Assembly (NCBI GenBank): GCA_039621445.1
Contig: CP154954.1
Location: 6,583,425-6,647,424 of the forward strand
Origin: Euglena gracilis
Lineage: Eukaryota
Length of the DNA stretch: 64,000 nt
Direction of reading: 5' to 3'
Shown here in pieces: positions 39,832-50,873 of this stretch. The notes beneath the pieces were generated by a model that had not been told where the DNA came from, made no database searches, and saw nothing but the letters and a program-made list of their open reading frames with translations. Positions within the stretch are counted from its first letter, which is position 1. The number at the start of each line of letters is the position of its first letter. The translations under genes and the position numbers were made by a program.

Positions 39832-42800
39832 TCGTTGTTGCTGTTGTTATGATTCTGATTCTGATTCTGATTCTGATTCTGATTCTGATTCTGATTCTGA
39901 TTCTGATTCTGATTCTGATTCTGATTCTGATTCTGATTCTGATTCTGATTCTGATTCTGATTCTGATTATGATTACAATTATGATAATGATTATGATTAT
40001 GATTACGATCATGATCACGATCACGATCGCGATCGCAATACGATCACAATTTCAATTACAATAACAATTACAATTGCAATTATTATTGTTGGTGTTGTTC
40101 TTGTTCTTGTTATTATTATTGTATATATTGTTTTTACTATTATATTATTATTACATATTTCATTATTACTCACTCAATTTATCATTTTCAATTTTTTTTC
40201 AAAATATAAATTAAAAAAAATTCATAATGATTTCATGCGTTACTTATACTCATTCACGCACAATTATGAAATCACAGGTCTCCACCTGTGATGCTTTTGC
40301 GCCCCTCCCAGCTCTACCGCCTATGGCCCGACGCTTCAAGGGGTGGCGCCTACGCAACGGGCGGGGAAGAGGTGGGGGACGCCTGGACTACCCGCCACGG
40401 CTAACGCGGGAGGGCTGGGGGGGAGTCGGGTGAGGGGAGGCCCTAGGGGCCAACCTTTTAGAAACAGGGGGGGGGGGTGGCCACGCATCGCTGTCTCGCC
40501 TGGTGGGGTGGACGGGGGGTCGTCGGCCGTCCAATCGGCTTGCACCAGGGCCCCGGTTTCCGATACCGCGGGGGAGGGCGTTACGGGCCTGGGACAGGGA
40601 GGCAGGGTTCGGGCGGCCGGACGCCAGGCGGTGCCACTCTCGGTTCGGGGACGTGGGGCGCGGGCGGATCCCCGGGGTCCGCTTCCCCCCTTTCCTGGCG
40701 GGGCACGTGGCGTCTGCCGGAAGGGCGGGTGCAAGAGGCAGGTGGAGGTCCGGCCACGGCCTCTCCTTCCCTGCCAAGGGGAGCATGAGGGCCGCTGCGG
40801 TGGGTCTTTCCGATAGGGGGTATTCCCCCTTCCTCCTTCCTCTCTGGGTTGCAGTTGGTTCTGCCTTTCTTCACCCTCGGTGTCTGATCGGATTCTGTCG
40901 CTCGCTCTCTCCCATCTTCTCTCACTGTCGTCCCTGCACGGACCGGGTGCGGGGGGATTCTCTCTTCTTCTGGAGCACTCTCCTGGCGGGGGGATCTGAG
41001 CTTCTAGCAGCCCTTCTGCCTTCTTTCTGATGGGGAGTTGCTCCCAGGTGTTGGGGAACCTAGGGCTGAGCAGGGATGGGGATGATCCTACGGTCGGGGG
41101 GGTTCTGATCATCCTTCAGGGAGCGGTCCGCCTCTGAACAGGACTGCGCGGGGGGGGATTACAATCATGCGCACGGGCCGCCCAGCGGCGGGCGGGTGGG
41201 TGGCGGGGTGGTGGTGGGGGGTTACGGCCTGGCTGTTCTGTGTTCTGTTATTTTGTTTGTTTTGGCCCTTTACTTTTAATTTTATTACATGGAAAAATTA
41301 TGGGCTGTTTATTTTTCTTTTGATTTAGTTGTTTTTTTTTTCTTGCTCTGTGATGCTTGCAGGTTATTTAAGCTCAGTTCTTCATGGCGCCTCGCCCCGC
41401 AGAGAAGGCAAGACGCTGTGACTTCTTCCCACCCCAGGCCGTTTCAGCCGCCACTTTGGGGCTATGGGTCCCGGCTGGGAAAACCCAATGCGTGGCGGGT
41501 GGGTCGACCCCCCCCCCCCATCCTGGTGGGTGGGTGGATGGGTGGGCAGGGCCAGTCCCCCACCACCCCTTCCTGTGACCCGGGGTTTCTAGGCCACAAA
41601 TGCGGATTCCGTGCCCGGCGCCATCGAGGGGTCGACCGTCCCACCCCCACCCGGCCTTCCCGTACCGCCCGGGTGGTCCCCGGCGGCGGCCTCCCCCCAA
41701 CCACATGCGGCCGTCGGGGCCGGACCGGGCTGCGGAGTCGTCGGGGAAGGCGATGCCGGAGCGGTGGGAGATGCCCAGCAGCACCAGCAGCGTCTCGAGC
41801 GAGGAGGAGAAGGCCCCCGACGCGGCCCAGGCCCCCCCTTTCCGCCGCACGTCCCACGCAGCGTGTAGCTTAAGAAAATTTGCCCCCCCCCCCCTCCGGG
41901 GCGGGGTCTGGCTAGCCAGCAGCCTTTTTCCAGCCTGCCCCCCCCCCTCAATGACATTATTTTATCTTTCCAGCCGCCCTTTGGGCAGCTGGACAGTAAC
42001 GGGTTTTCGTTTTTGGGGGTACAAAAATGGTCCAAAAATGGGGCGAAAATGGGTCAGATTTGGCCTGGCCAGGAAATATTTGGGGTCAAAAAATTGATTT
42101 TTTTTTTTTGCATAAGTGGCAGTTTTTTTGAACGTTTTTGCACTCTCGATTTTTTGGGACCCAGTTCGGCCCCAGGTCGGGTCCAGCTCCAGCCCGGGGG
42201 GGGAGGGAGGTCAGCCAGCAGCCTTTTTCCAGCCAGCCCAAATTTTCCAGCCTCTGAGCTGACCCCCCTCCCCCCGGGGGGGGGGGTTGAAGTTAGCGCC
42301 GGCCATAAACAGACAAGAAGCCTTAGTGCAACTAAGGGGGGGGGGTTGTTAAAAAAACGCCCTGGTCCCACGGTGTCACCGACGCAGAAGGGTTTTAACA
42401 GGTCGGTGCCCCCCTGGACGGCTGGGACGGCTGGGAATTTTGAGTTTAGTTTGGATAGATAATGTTCTATTGATGCCGAAAATCATTTTTCTTCCCCGAG
42501 TTGGGCTGTTTTTTGTTGGCTGGAACTTTGGCGTTTTGTTTTTTGCTCTTTCGGAGTAAATTCTGCTGGTCCGAATTTTTTAAGGTATTTGAAGGCATTT
42601 TGGGGCATTTTAAGGGTTTTTAAGGTGGCTTAAAATGTCATAATGCCTGCGGCGGTCGGCCTGACCACCTACGTCCAACATGGTCGCTGGAGGGGGGCCT
42701 GTGTTCTTGACAGTGATGTTGAGGAGAAGGCCAAACCCCCCGATTGGGTGGCTGCCAGCACCGCGAGCAGCAACGATCTGTGAATTTATTTAAAAACTTT

Positions 42801-45749
42801 TGCTTCGTTTCCTTTGCAGAACACTGCGCAGATTATGCCGACACATGGACACGATTGAGACGTCAAGGCAGGGGGGGGGATGGGGGCGTGGGTGGGTCCG
42901 CCCCCAGGGGGGGTGGAGTCAGGGAGGTGGAAAATATGTACTATACATTTTTTCCAGTTTTTTTTTGCAGTTTTCACGTTTTGGGTTTTTTGCAGTTTTT
43001 TGCAGTTTTTTTGCAACTTTTTTTTGTTCCAGTTTTGAGGAAACCTAAGATGTTTATTTTTTGGTGCTTGTTGTTTTGGCGACAAAGCCACAATTACTCC
43101 CCAACCAAAATTGCTCCCTCTCCAACCTTTGCATTGTAGGAGGTTTGAACAATGTTGAAGGTTGTGAGGGCAGTCGTCAAAGGAGTGCGCAAATTACAAC
43201 AGGTAACCGACATCTTCGTTCCACCCCAATACCTGATGCATATTTTTTTGCGCATGACCTTGCTCTGACCCCGTCTGATGCAGTTGTTGAGTCTGCATTC
43301 AGTCGGCTGAGGATGATTTTGGCAGATCGTCGGTTACGTTGGAGTTCTGACGTTGTTGAGCAGCGCAACAGTTCAGTGCTCGGCGTGCATGCTTCAGGCT
43401 CAAGCGAGCCGACAAAGGCACAAAGCGACGTGCGAAGGGTATGTCTAAAGGAAAAGGCAGACTCAACGTCGATGTGTCAGATGAAGGTTGCTTGCGAGTA
43501 CATTTCGTTCAACAGTAACCTCCACTTCCCCGTCCTCCTCCTCCTTCTTATCTTCATCGTCTGACCTCTCCTCTGATTAAAAGAACCCGATAAAGCATGT
43601 TGCGATGATGTTTTCTTTGCATTGCCATGCCATTCCAATGCTCATCCCATGTCACACCACTCAATGGACCGAAAGTTCCAAATTGAACATCCCCTGCAAG
43701 AATTGAAAGCATCGAATATTTCTGTGTATGGGTTTATGTGCAGTTTTTCCATATTTAGAGAGGAAACCATTTGGCATCATTGTGGGCATGATGGTCGGTG
43801 TGACCCGGCATCCAAACACATGACTTGCATTTCAGTGTATGAAATACCGTATACAGTGTACCTTGATGGACTGCTTCCATTTTTGTCTTCATCAGCTCCA
43901 AAGCTGTGCAAAAAAGTTAGGTCAATTGGGGCGTGCTCATGTGGTCACAATTTACGTTGTTTTGCATATGCACACCATTTCAGCTTGTTTATTGTCTTTT
44001 TTTTGTTGAAGTGCAGTTTTTTGCAGTTTTTGCAGTTTTTTTTTGCAGGTTTTTTTTGCAGTTTTTTGCAGTGCAGTTTTTGACTGGCCCATGCGCAGTT
44101 TCTCCCCCCCCCCTGGTGGAGTTCTGGCCGAGTGGTAGCCCGCTGGAGGGGGGGGTTTCGAAGCGCAAAAACTTTTTGACCCCAAAATTGACCCCCAAAA
44201 GTGGGTCCCTCCAAGCCCTCCCCCGGGTACCCCCAGGGGTGGTGGGTGGGTGGGTGGGTGGGTGGGTGCGGACCACTTTTAATGGAAACAATGCTGTCAA
44301 GGGACAGCGGCTGGAGTGCTGCGGAGCCGCTGCAAGAGTTTCGAGAAACCAGATGTGGGGTACCGCGCCGTGCCAGCACCGTCCAAACGCCATCCTCCCC
44401 CTCATTGCCGGGTGTGTTTGCCCTCTGCCCCGGAGGGTCAACCTCCGCCACGAAACAGTGGGCCAACGCCGCGGAACGCCGGCTTGGCAGGGGCCCGCCC
44501 TCGACGGGCTCCGAGGCCGCGGGGGGGCCCAGTTCCAGCGCGACGAGCAGTACTACGCCCCCCGCCCAGGGCTGCCTGTGTGGAGAGAGAGGCCGAGGAG
44601 GAGGAGGACGGGGTGGCCTCCCCGCCCCCATAGCGGGAGGGAGGAGGCGGAATCGCACGTTTGGATTTCCGGTGGGTGGCGGTGGAGGGGGGTCCCATCT
44701 GGTGGTGGGGTTGGGGGGGGTCACCCACTGCTTCCCAGTTTTACGGTGGCGCCGAAGGAATCGCCCCTTGCAAAGTCCCATTTGGTAGCCTGTCCATCCA
44801 TCTTTCTATGAATCTATGCCACACACCCAGCACAGCACCACACAAGGAAAACGTTGACCTAAAAGTCGGCACCCCCAGAAATTTGGGAAGGCCTCGTTGG
44901 GGGTGGGGGACCCCATCCCTCCAAGGCCCGGGAAAAGCCCCCCCCCCCGGGTCAGTAAGTGAATCTATGGTGTGGGAGTCGACCCCCACCCCACTAGGCC
45001 TTCTCGTACAACGGGTCAGGATAAGCGGCGGAATAGTTTTTTTTTAACCAGCCCCCCCCTGGCCAACATGCAGCCGTGCCCCTGCCGCCCGCCCTCGCCC
45101 CCGCCGCCCCGGGCGGCGGTCCCCGACGACGCGGACGGCACGGAGGTGGTGTTCATCCCGGAGCCCCTGAAGCGGCCAGGGCGGTGGGGTGGGGACCGGG
45201 GCCCGGTCTGCTGCCTCAGACGCCCCAGACGCATTGGGCCCCTGAGGCGCCCCGGGACGCCCGAGGCTCCACTGGCGGCAAGGATGAGGGTTGCAGATGT
45301 CTTGTATATTTTGATATTTAGTATTTTATTAGTTTTAGTATAGATATTTAGTGTTTTATGTTATTATGTCTTATATTTTGGTATATTTTGATATTTCTCA
45401 TGGGAATGTTCATTATTGCCTCAATAAAAACACTACAATGAAGTTCAACTTTTGTATGAACTGAAGTTTAAAGAAATGGCAACTGCGAAAAATGTGGGTT
45501 TGAATTTTTTTTTGGTGTCAAATTATCAAGCCAAGGGGGTGAAGGTTTTCTATCACACGAGAGGTTCTCTCAGACCCTGAACTTGCCATCTTGGTCTGTC
45601 ACCAATTGTCACCAACCCTTTGGTGACAATTTGCAGAAGAGTATCCATGTCAACTGCAATAGGCCTGGCTTTGAGTATACACTACACACACACGCGCACG
45701 CGCGCGCACGCACGCACGCATGCGCGCACGCACACACACATTTGCACAT

Positions 45750-45780
<31 letters not shown>

Positions 45781-48502
45781 TGCACGCACGCACGCACGCA
45801 TGCATGCACGCACACATGCACGCACGCACGCACGCACGCCCGCTCACATGCACACACACACCCACACCCACACACCCACACCCACATTTGTATCTTGGAC
45901 ATTTAATAGATCCAGATTATCGAACCAAGATTTTGCACCACACATCAGATATTTTTTTTGTATTTTAGTGTACATTTTTCACTATCTGAAAAAAAAAGCA
46001 CCAGAAAGTACGGGTAAAAGTCGATCCACCGGTGCACCTGTGAAAGGCTGAAAAGCCTCGCCTTGCCCCACTAGAACCCACCTTTCTGAGGCTGACGACG
46101 GAGCAGCAGCAGCAGCTCAGATGATGGGAGCAGTGAGAGCGAGCAGAGGCGTTCTCAACCCCAGAACATACAATCACTTAGTCACTGGCCGACTTCTCCC
46201 CCCGGGGAGGGTGGATGAGTGATTTTTCAGAGTGACTGACTGGTTATTGGTCCAGACCCCCTACCTCCCGGGTGGGGGGGGGATCAGGAAAATGCCACTA
46301 AAGTGACCCGGCACCAAAGGTGCTGAAAAGTTTTGCCTTTTTTTTTTTTAAGTCTTGTCAATGGACAGGAGATAAATCCATCGCATTTGGTCCAAGATCA
46401 TTGCAGAACAAAAATAGTGCCGGTGACCTGCAGGTTGCAACCTGCAATGTCCAGCGGTGTCAATCATGCGCGATTTGAGTCAGCTGCCGAAAATTCTGTT
46501 TCCTGAGGGAAGAACCCAATGCCCAATTGGGTTGTTCTTTTTTGTAGTCTGGTGCTTCTGCAGATTTTTTTTGCTTTTTTTTTTTTGCTTTTTCTCCCCG
46601 TCATAATGGGTTTTGCTGTTCAAAAAAGGTTGATGCCTTCTCATCCATCATTGAGCTTTAAATTTTCATTTGTAAACCTGGTAAATATTTTCAATGGAAA
46701 GCCAGATTGTTGTGTATTTAGGATTATTGGCCGTCCTTTATTGCATTTTTTTTTGCTTCAATGCCTAAAACTCGGCAACCCATTGGATTTGCAGTTGCAT
46801 ATTCTGGATGGACCCAGGCTTCTTTGCAGGCAAGGGATTTTCTTTGTAGCTGCCCCTGCCCACCAAAATATACACAGCCTTGTTCATATGTTGTGCGCAT
46901 TCCAGCTGAAGGTGTGCTTTGATTCGGGGTGTACCGTTTTTTTCTTAACCGACCACCTTTCCACTCCTCCAGAAACCAGTCAGTCACTCCCCCCCGAAAG
47001 CCAATTAGTCACCCCCTGGAGGGGGGTCGGACACTCTGGAATCCTAGGGAAATTTGACCACAAACGTAGTGCCTTGTGCCGACGTGCAACAGTGCGATGT
47101 CCCCCGCCACTCTTGTTGCCAAGGCCAAGCCATCATCTCAGAACAGGCCACTGCTCAGGGTTCGCAGTACCCGGGGGGCTGGACTGAAGCTAGTCCAAAT
47201 CTGGCCAGCGGAAATCCTAGCGGCGGGGGGTCTGTCAGCAGGGCCAGTTAGTGGGAATTTTTTTTCTGGACCCCCAAACTTGCCAGAAATGCCCATTTTT
47301 GGCCATTTTGGAACAAAACCGCTCAAAAAATGCATCCAATACCTCATTTTCACCTCGACGCGCACGCCAAGGAAATTTTCTTCCAGTTGGAGGGGACCCA
47401 GACCCCCCCCCCCCCCCGAGGCAGGGGGTTTAGCAGTGGCTTTTTTCCAGTGTCCAGCAAATTGGCTGGCCAGTGGAACAACCCCCCCGTGGGGGGGGGT
47501 CCTTAAGCAATGGCCTGTCCCGGAAACTCTATGGGTGGCTGCTTGAAGCGTCGCCCCCCCCCCCCCCCCACCACGCCTTCCCTACATGGAATTGGGCGAT
47601 GCAAGGATGACCACCTGGGGTCCACGCACTCGGCGCACAGCCACCGCCCCCCCCGCCCGGGCGGCCCTGCCAGCAGCGGCGCAGCGCGCCGCAAGAAGGC
47701 GGACAAGGCCAAGAAGCGCCGCCGCAGCTCCGGTTCCAGCTCCAGCTCTGCATCCAAGCAGGCCACTGCTGACCCTCCCCCCCCCCCCCCCCCCCCTTGG
47801 GCCCCGGGTTGTTTAAGGCAACGTGGCCCCCCCCGGTTGGCCCCCCTCGCAGGGTTGAATGCGACTTCTGGAAACTCTATATATGGTCTCTATGGTGGGC
47901 AGGTTTCTCAATAAGGGTTGCTGAACCTCCAGGGGGGGGGGGGGGCTTGACTGCAGCTAGTGCAAACAATGGCCAGTGGAGAATCCAGTGGACCCCCCCC
48001 CCCCCACAGGAGGGGGGGTCTGCTGAGCAGCACTAGCTAGCAGAAGGTGGGTGCTTTTTTTTTTTAATGATGGTCGCACGGTTGTTATGGGTAGGCCGGG
48101 TGGGGAAGGTACGTTCGACTGTTGTGGGAGCTTGTCGGGGTTGGGATGGGTGATGCACAATTCTGGGTGTCGAAGACAATGGGGGTGTGACAATAATCGC
48201 TATCATGGAGAATTCTCCCGCTGACCTGAACGAAGTGAAAGTTTTTTTTGGACCCTCAACAGGCTTCTTTTAAGGGAATTCACACCCCCTGCGGGGGTGG
48301 GTGCTTTGGGCAGGGGGTAGGGCAAAGCCTGCCAATAATGCTCGTTTTTTTTGGCTTTTTTGGGTTTTCTGAAACAAAATAAATATATAATATATAAACC
48401 TCTCAGAAACTCATTAAAACCTGACTTCCAATGTGCCCCCCCCCCCCACCAATTGGGGGACCCCCGGACACCCCCCCCCCCTAACTGAAAAGCAGCAACG
48501 AG

Positions 48503-48589
<87 letters not shown>

Positions 48590-48799
48590 CGCGCGCGCGC
48601 GTGCGTGTGTGTGCGTGCGTGCGCGCGCGCGCGTGTGTGTATGTGTGTGTGCACGCGCGTGCCCTGCAGTGGCGAATGGACCGAGTCCAGCAGCTCCTCC
48701 AGCAGTGGCGACCGCAAGCGGCGGGCGAAGAAGAAGCGCCGCAAGGAGAAGAAGAAGGCCAAGAAGTCCAAGGAGAAGAAGAAGCGGAAGAAGCGCTGA
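37674..48799 (+). CDS. CXIP4: CAX-interacting protein 4-like zinc-knuckle protein with Ser/Lys/Arg-rich tail. Exons approx. 37674-37821, 39094-39138, 39543-39618, 41728-41812, 44533-44563, 45084-45173, 46094-46148, 47641-47755, ~48671-48799
   Basis: Spliced model reads MPKYAPDFW..VWQTMG..AYDTYKGLLSLAK..KGTCKRCGATGHLTFQCR..SSSS..KKKRRKEKKKAKKSKEKKKRKKR-stop, resembling plant CXIP4 (AY..FQGLLALAR..CKKCG..GHLTFQCR). Confidence 0.75.
37822..39093 (+). other. Intermediate intron (GT 5' end, nonconventional 3' end)
   Basis: T|GTG-CAGGGTGGGG ... CTCCGCCCTG-GCACC|A; restores AYDTYKGLL. Confidence 0.8.
38166..38682. mobile_element. hAT-type MITE (same family as 34035) with tandem duplication of its left ~171 bp
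   Basis: Left CAGGGTTTGATATAAGG, right reverse complement CAGGTTTGATAAAAGG; TSD AACCCGAC/AACCCAAC; second left end at 38337. Confidence 0.85.
39139..39542 (+). other. Nonconventional intron that is a hAT-type MITE (element 39142-39537)
   Basis: Left TIR TAGGGGTTTTCTAAAG, reverse complement of right end CAGGGGTTATCTTAAG; perfect 8-bp direct repeat GGCGGGGC at 39134-39141 and 39538-39545; 3+5 excision keeps the frame (AAAG|QVAATKGTCKRC). Confidence 0.85.
39619..41727 (+). other. Probable nonconventional intron (CGG...CCG stem)
   Basis: GA|GGC-CGGCGCCCG ... CGGGGCCG-GACCG|G; in frame QCRGE|AAESSGK. A GT donor at 39615 is an alternative. Confidence 0.5.
39709..39968. repeat. (CTT)n followed by (GATTCT)n microsatellites
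   Basis: Visible directly. Confidence 0.95.
41859..42364. mobile_element. hAT-type MITE, CCAGC-rich family
   Basis: CAGCGTGT... / ...ACGCCCTG ends; perfect 8-bp TSD GTCCCACG; internal AGCCAGCAGCCTTTTTCCAGCC repeats. Confidence 0.85.
42920..44115 (+). mobile_element. Degenerate hAT element carrying a transposase remnant
   Basis: CAGGGAGG.../...CCCCCCTG ends flanked by GTGGAGT direct repeats; TTTTGCAG subterminal arrays; contains a hAT dimerisation-domain-like peptide. Confidence 0.6.
43232..43363 (+). pseudogene. hAT transposase C-terminal dimerisation domain fragment
   Basis: PDAYFFAHDLALTPSDAVVESAFSRLRMILADRRLRWSSDVVEQ fits the Dimer_Tnp_hAT pattern P..A...L..P.S....E..FS.L..I....R.R.S...E. 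Confidence 0.75.
44564..45083 (+). other. Nonconventional intron with near-perfect 8-bp TSD
   Basis: Stem CAGGGCTGCCTGT vs ACATGCAGCCGTG; flanks CCCCCGCC / CCCCTGCC (7/8); C|G and T|G junctions; in frame YYAPR|RPPSP. Confidence 0.7.
45174..46093 (+). other. Nonconventional intron
   Basis: C|GGC-CAGGGCGGTGGG ... CCCACCTTTCTG-AGGCT|G; in frame PLKR|RRSSSS. Confidence 0.7.
47144..47517. mobile_element. hAT-type MITE, CCAGC-rich family
   Basis: Left CAGGCCACTGCTCAGG, right reverse complement CAGGCCATTGCTTAAG; TSD TCTCAGAA/TCCCGGAA (6/8). Confidence 0.75.
48508..48660. repeat. (TG)n/(CG)n microsatellite
   Basis: Visible directly. Confidence 0.95.
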
Positions 48800-49520
48800 C
48801 CCTCCCCCCCATCCTGGCCCGTTGTGCTGCGTGACCACACATGTCACTGCCTCCCTCCCGCCCATATTTTACTTAACCCTAGTGTAACCACTCCCCCCCC
48901 CCCCCCATGGGTGGGTGGGCGTTTTTTTTGAGAGTGGGGGGGTGGGTTGGGCCCGGGCTTTTTTTTAGGAAGGTCGGGGGCCCCTCGGGGGGGGGGGGTG
49001 GGGCACGCAGGGGGGTAGGGCACTTTCGAGGTTGGCCAGGAGAATTTTAAACGGTTTCTTGGCCGATTTTGAATGATTTTGGGTGAATTTTTGATGGGTG
49101 AGTGGGTGGGTGAACCCCCCTGGGGGGGGAGGGTTGTGGGTTGGTGGGGTTTTCAAAGGGCGGGCGGGTGGGTTTCCGCCTGGGGGAAAATGCCCACCCC
49201 CTCCCCGGGAGTCACTAAGTGAATCTATGCTCCCCCGCCCGCCCCCCCCCCCCCTCCCTCTCCACTCACTCCTTTCTTTCTTTCGTCCCTATTGAACGGG
49301 TTTGTCACTGCTCCGGTCTCAGCCAGGCCAGGACTGACCGCATCCGGCCCTTCACACTGAATCATTCCTCTGCACTTGCTTGCACAACGCCGGACCCTTC
49401 CCTTTTTTGGTGGGTTGAGATCCTTGAATTGGCATAGCACCTGGTGTTGCCCCCCCCCCCATTGGGTCTGAAATTCGCTCTTGTGTGTCCACATGTGTCT
49501 GACTGTGTGTTTGCATGTAT

Positions 49521-49635
<115 letters not shown>

Positions 49636-50831
49636 TGCCTGTCTGTCTGCTGTCTGTCTCTCCAGGTGTGTGTCTGTGCGGGCGCCTTCCTTCACATGCT
49701 GTTTTCTCAACTGTGCTCAGAGGTCCATTTGGGACCCAAAACCACCCCCACCAAGCGTTTCAGGCACACCCGGGGTTGAGGCGCTCCCCTCCCTCAGGGC
49801 TTTTGAAAATGAAGCCTCACAGACACTCACATATAATTGTTACAAAACTATTTATGACGATTTGATAAAACTATTCCCGAGTGAACGTTTTCAAAGGCCA
49901 GAGGCTGCAGAGGTGAAGGATAGCTTCGTGAAAACACCCCCTGGCATCCCTTTTGGCATTGAACCAATCAAATCCCTAGAACCCCATCCCAAAGACCCAT
50001 ACACAAACATAGCTGGCAATTTTGCCAGAATGGCTGATTTGTAGTTGCTCCCCCCCCTCCACGGGATTCCTAATTTTGTAATTGAGTGTTCCCCTGTCCT
50101 GTGAACCCCTGTGGTGGTGTTGCCTACCTTGGGAATTTGTCGCCTTGGAGGCTGTCAATTTTGGCTATTTTTCCGGTGGCAGGCAGTCTTTTTTAAGCCG
50201 AAAATTTTCAATAAAATCAAGGCATTTTAAAAGGTATTTTTTAAAAAGTATTTTGAGGCATTTGAAGATTTTTTAAGGTTCTATTTTCCAAAGGCGGGCC
50301 ATCCAGGCATCGAATGAAAATTGTCTGGCCGGTGAAAATAAAGTATATATTTTTTTTACTTTTAAAGCTTTCAGAATTCAGCATGAATGTTGGATTCCTG
50401 AAAAATGGGACTCATGTTCCTCCAGCTCCTTGACCTTTCTCCCACATTTTTCTCCAGATCCCAGATTCCCTGAGGTTCCACAGGTGGCGCACGCAGGCAG
50501 TCCCATCACTGGTCAGTCCCATAATTGGTGAAGGTCTAGTGAATCGTCCAGTGTGAACTGTCTGTCAGACTGCTATGTGCTAGGAACGGCTTCCTGTTTC
50601 TCCCCAGAAGTTGCCCCTCCCCTCTCGTGAGGTTCCCGCCTGGCCAGGGGTCCGGACCAGCCGACTTGTCATGTTGTTGGGAGTTTGAAGTTACCACCTA
50701 GGCTGGCTTGCTTGTCAGGTGATACTTTCCTGGGTGGAAGGGAGGTCTTGTTGTGGTTTCACTCGGAACACTTTTCAGGGCGGTAAAATTGTGGAACGTG
50801 TTGCAACGTCGCCGCGCACCACACATGACCG

Positions 50832-50861
50832 CCCTCCCCTGCCGTGCCCCCCCCCCACCAG
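50832..50861 (+). promoter_or_regulatory. Putative spliced-leader trans-splice acceptor
   Basis: C-rich tract ending in CAG 12 nt before the ATG at 50874. Confidence 0.4.
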
Positions 50862-50873
50862 CCGTGCCACGCC

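Noticed and set aside
39620-40291. Poly-Ser / DS-repeat extension of the zinc-knuckle ORF
   Set aside because: Read-through into intronic (CTT)n and (GATTCT)n microsatellites; only ~39543-39618 looks exonic.
42690-42785. Possible extra exon DSDVEEKAKPPDW with a GGGGGCCTG stem partner
   Set aside because: The 3+5 join is out of frame, and a GC-AG intron 41813-44532 explains the gene without it.
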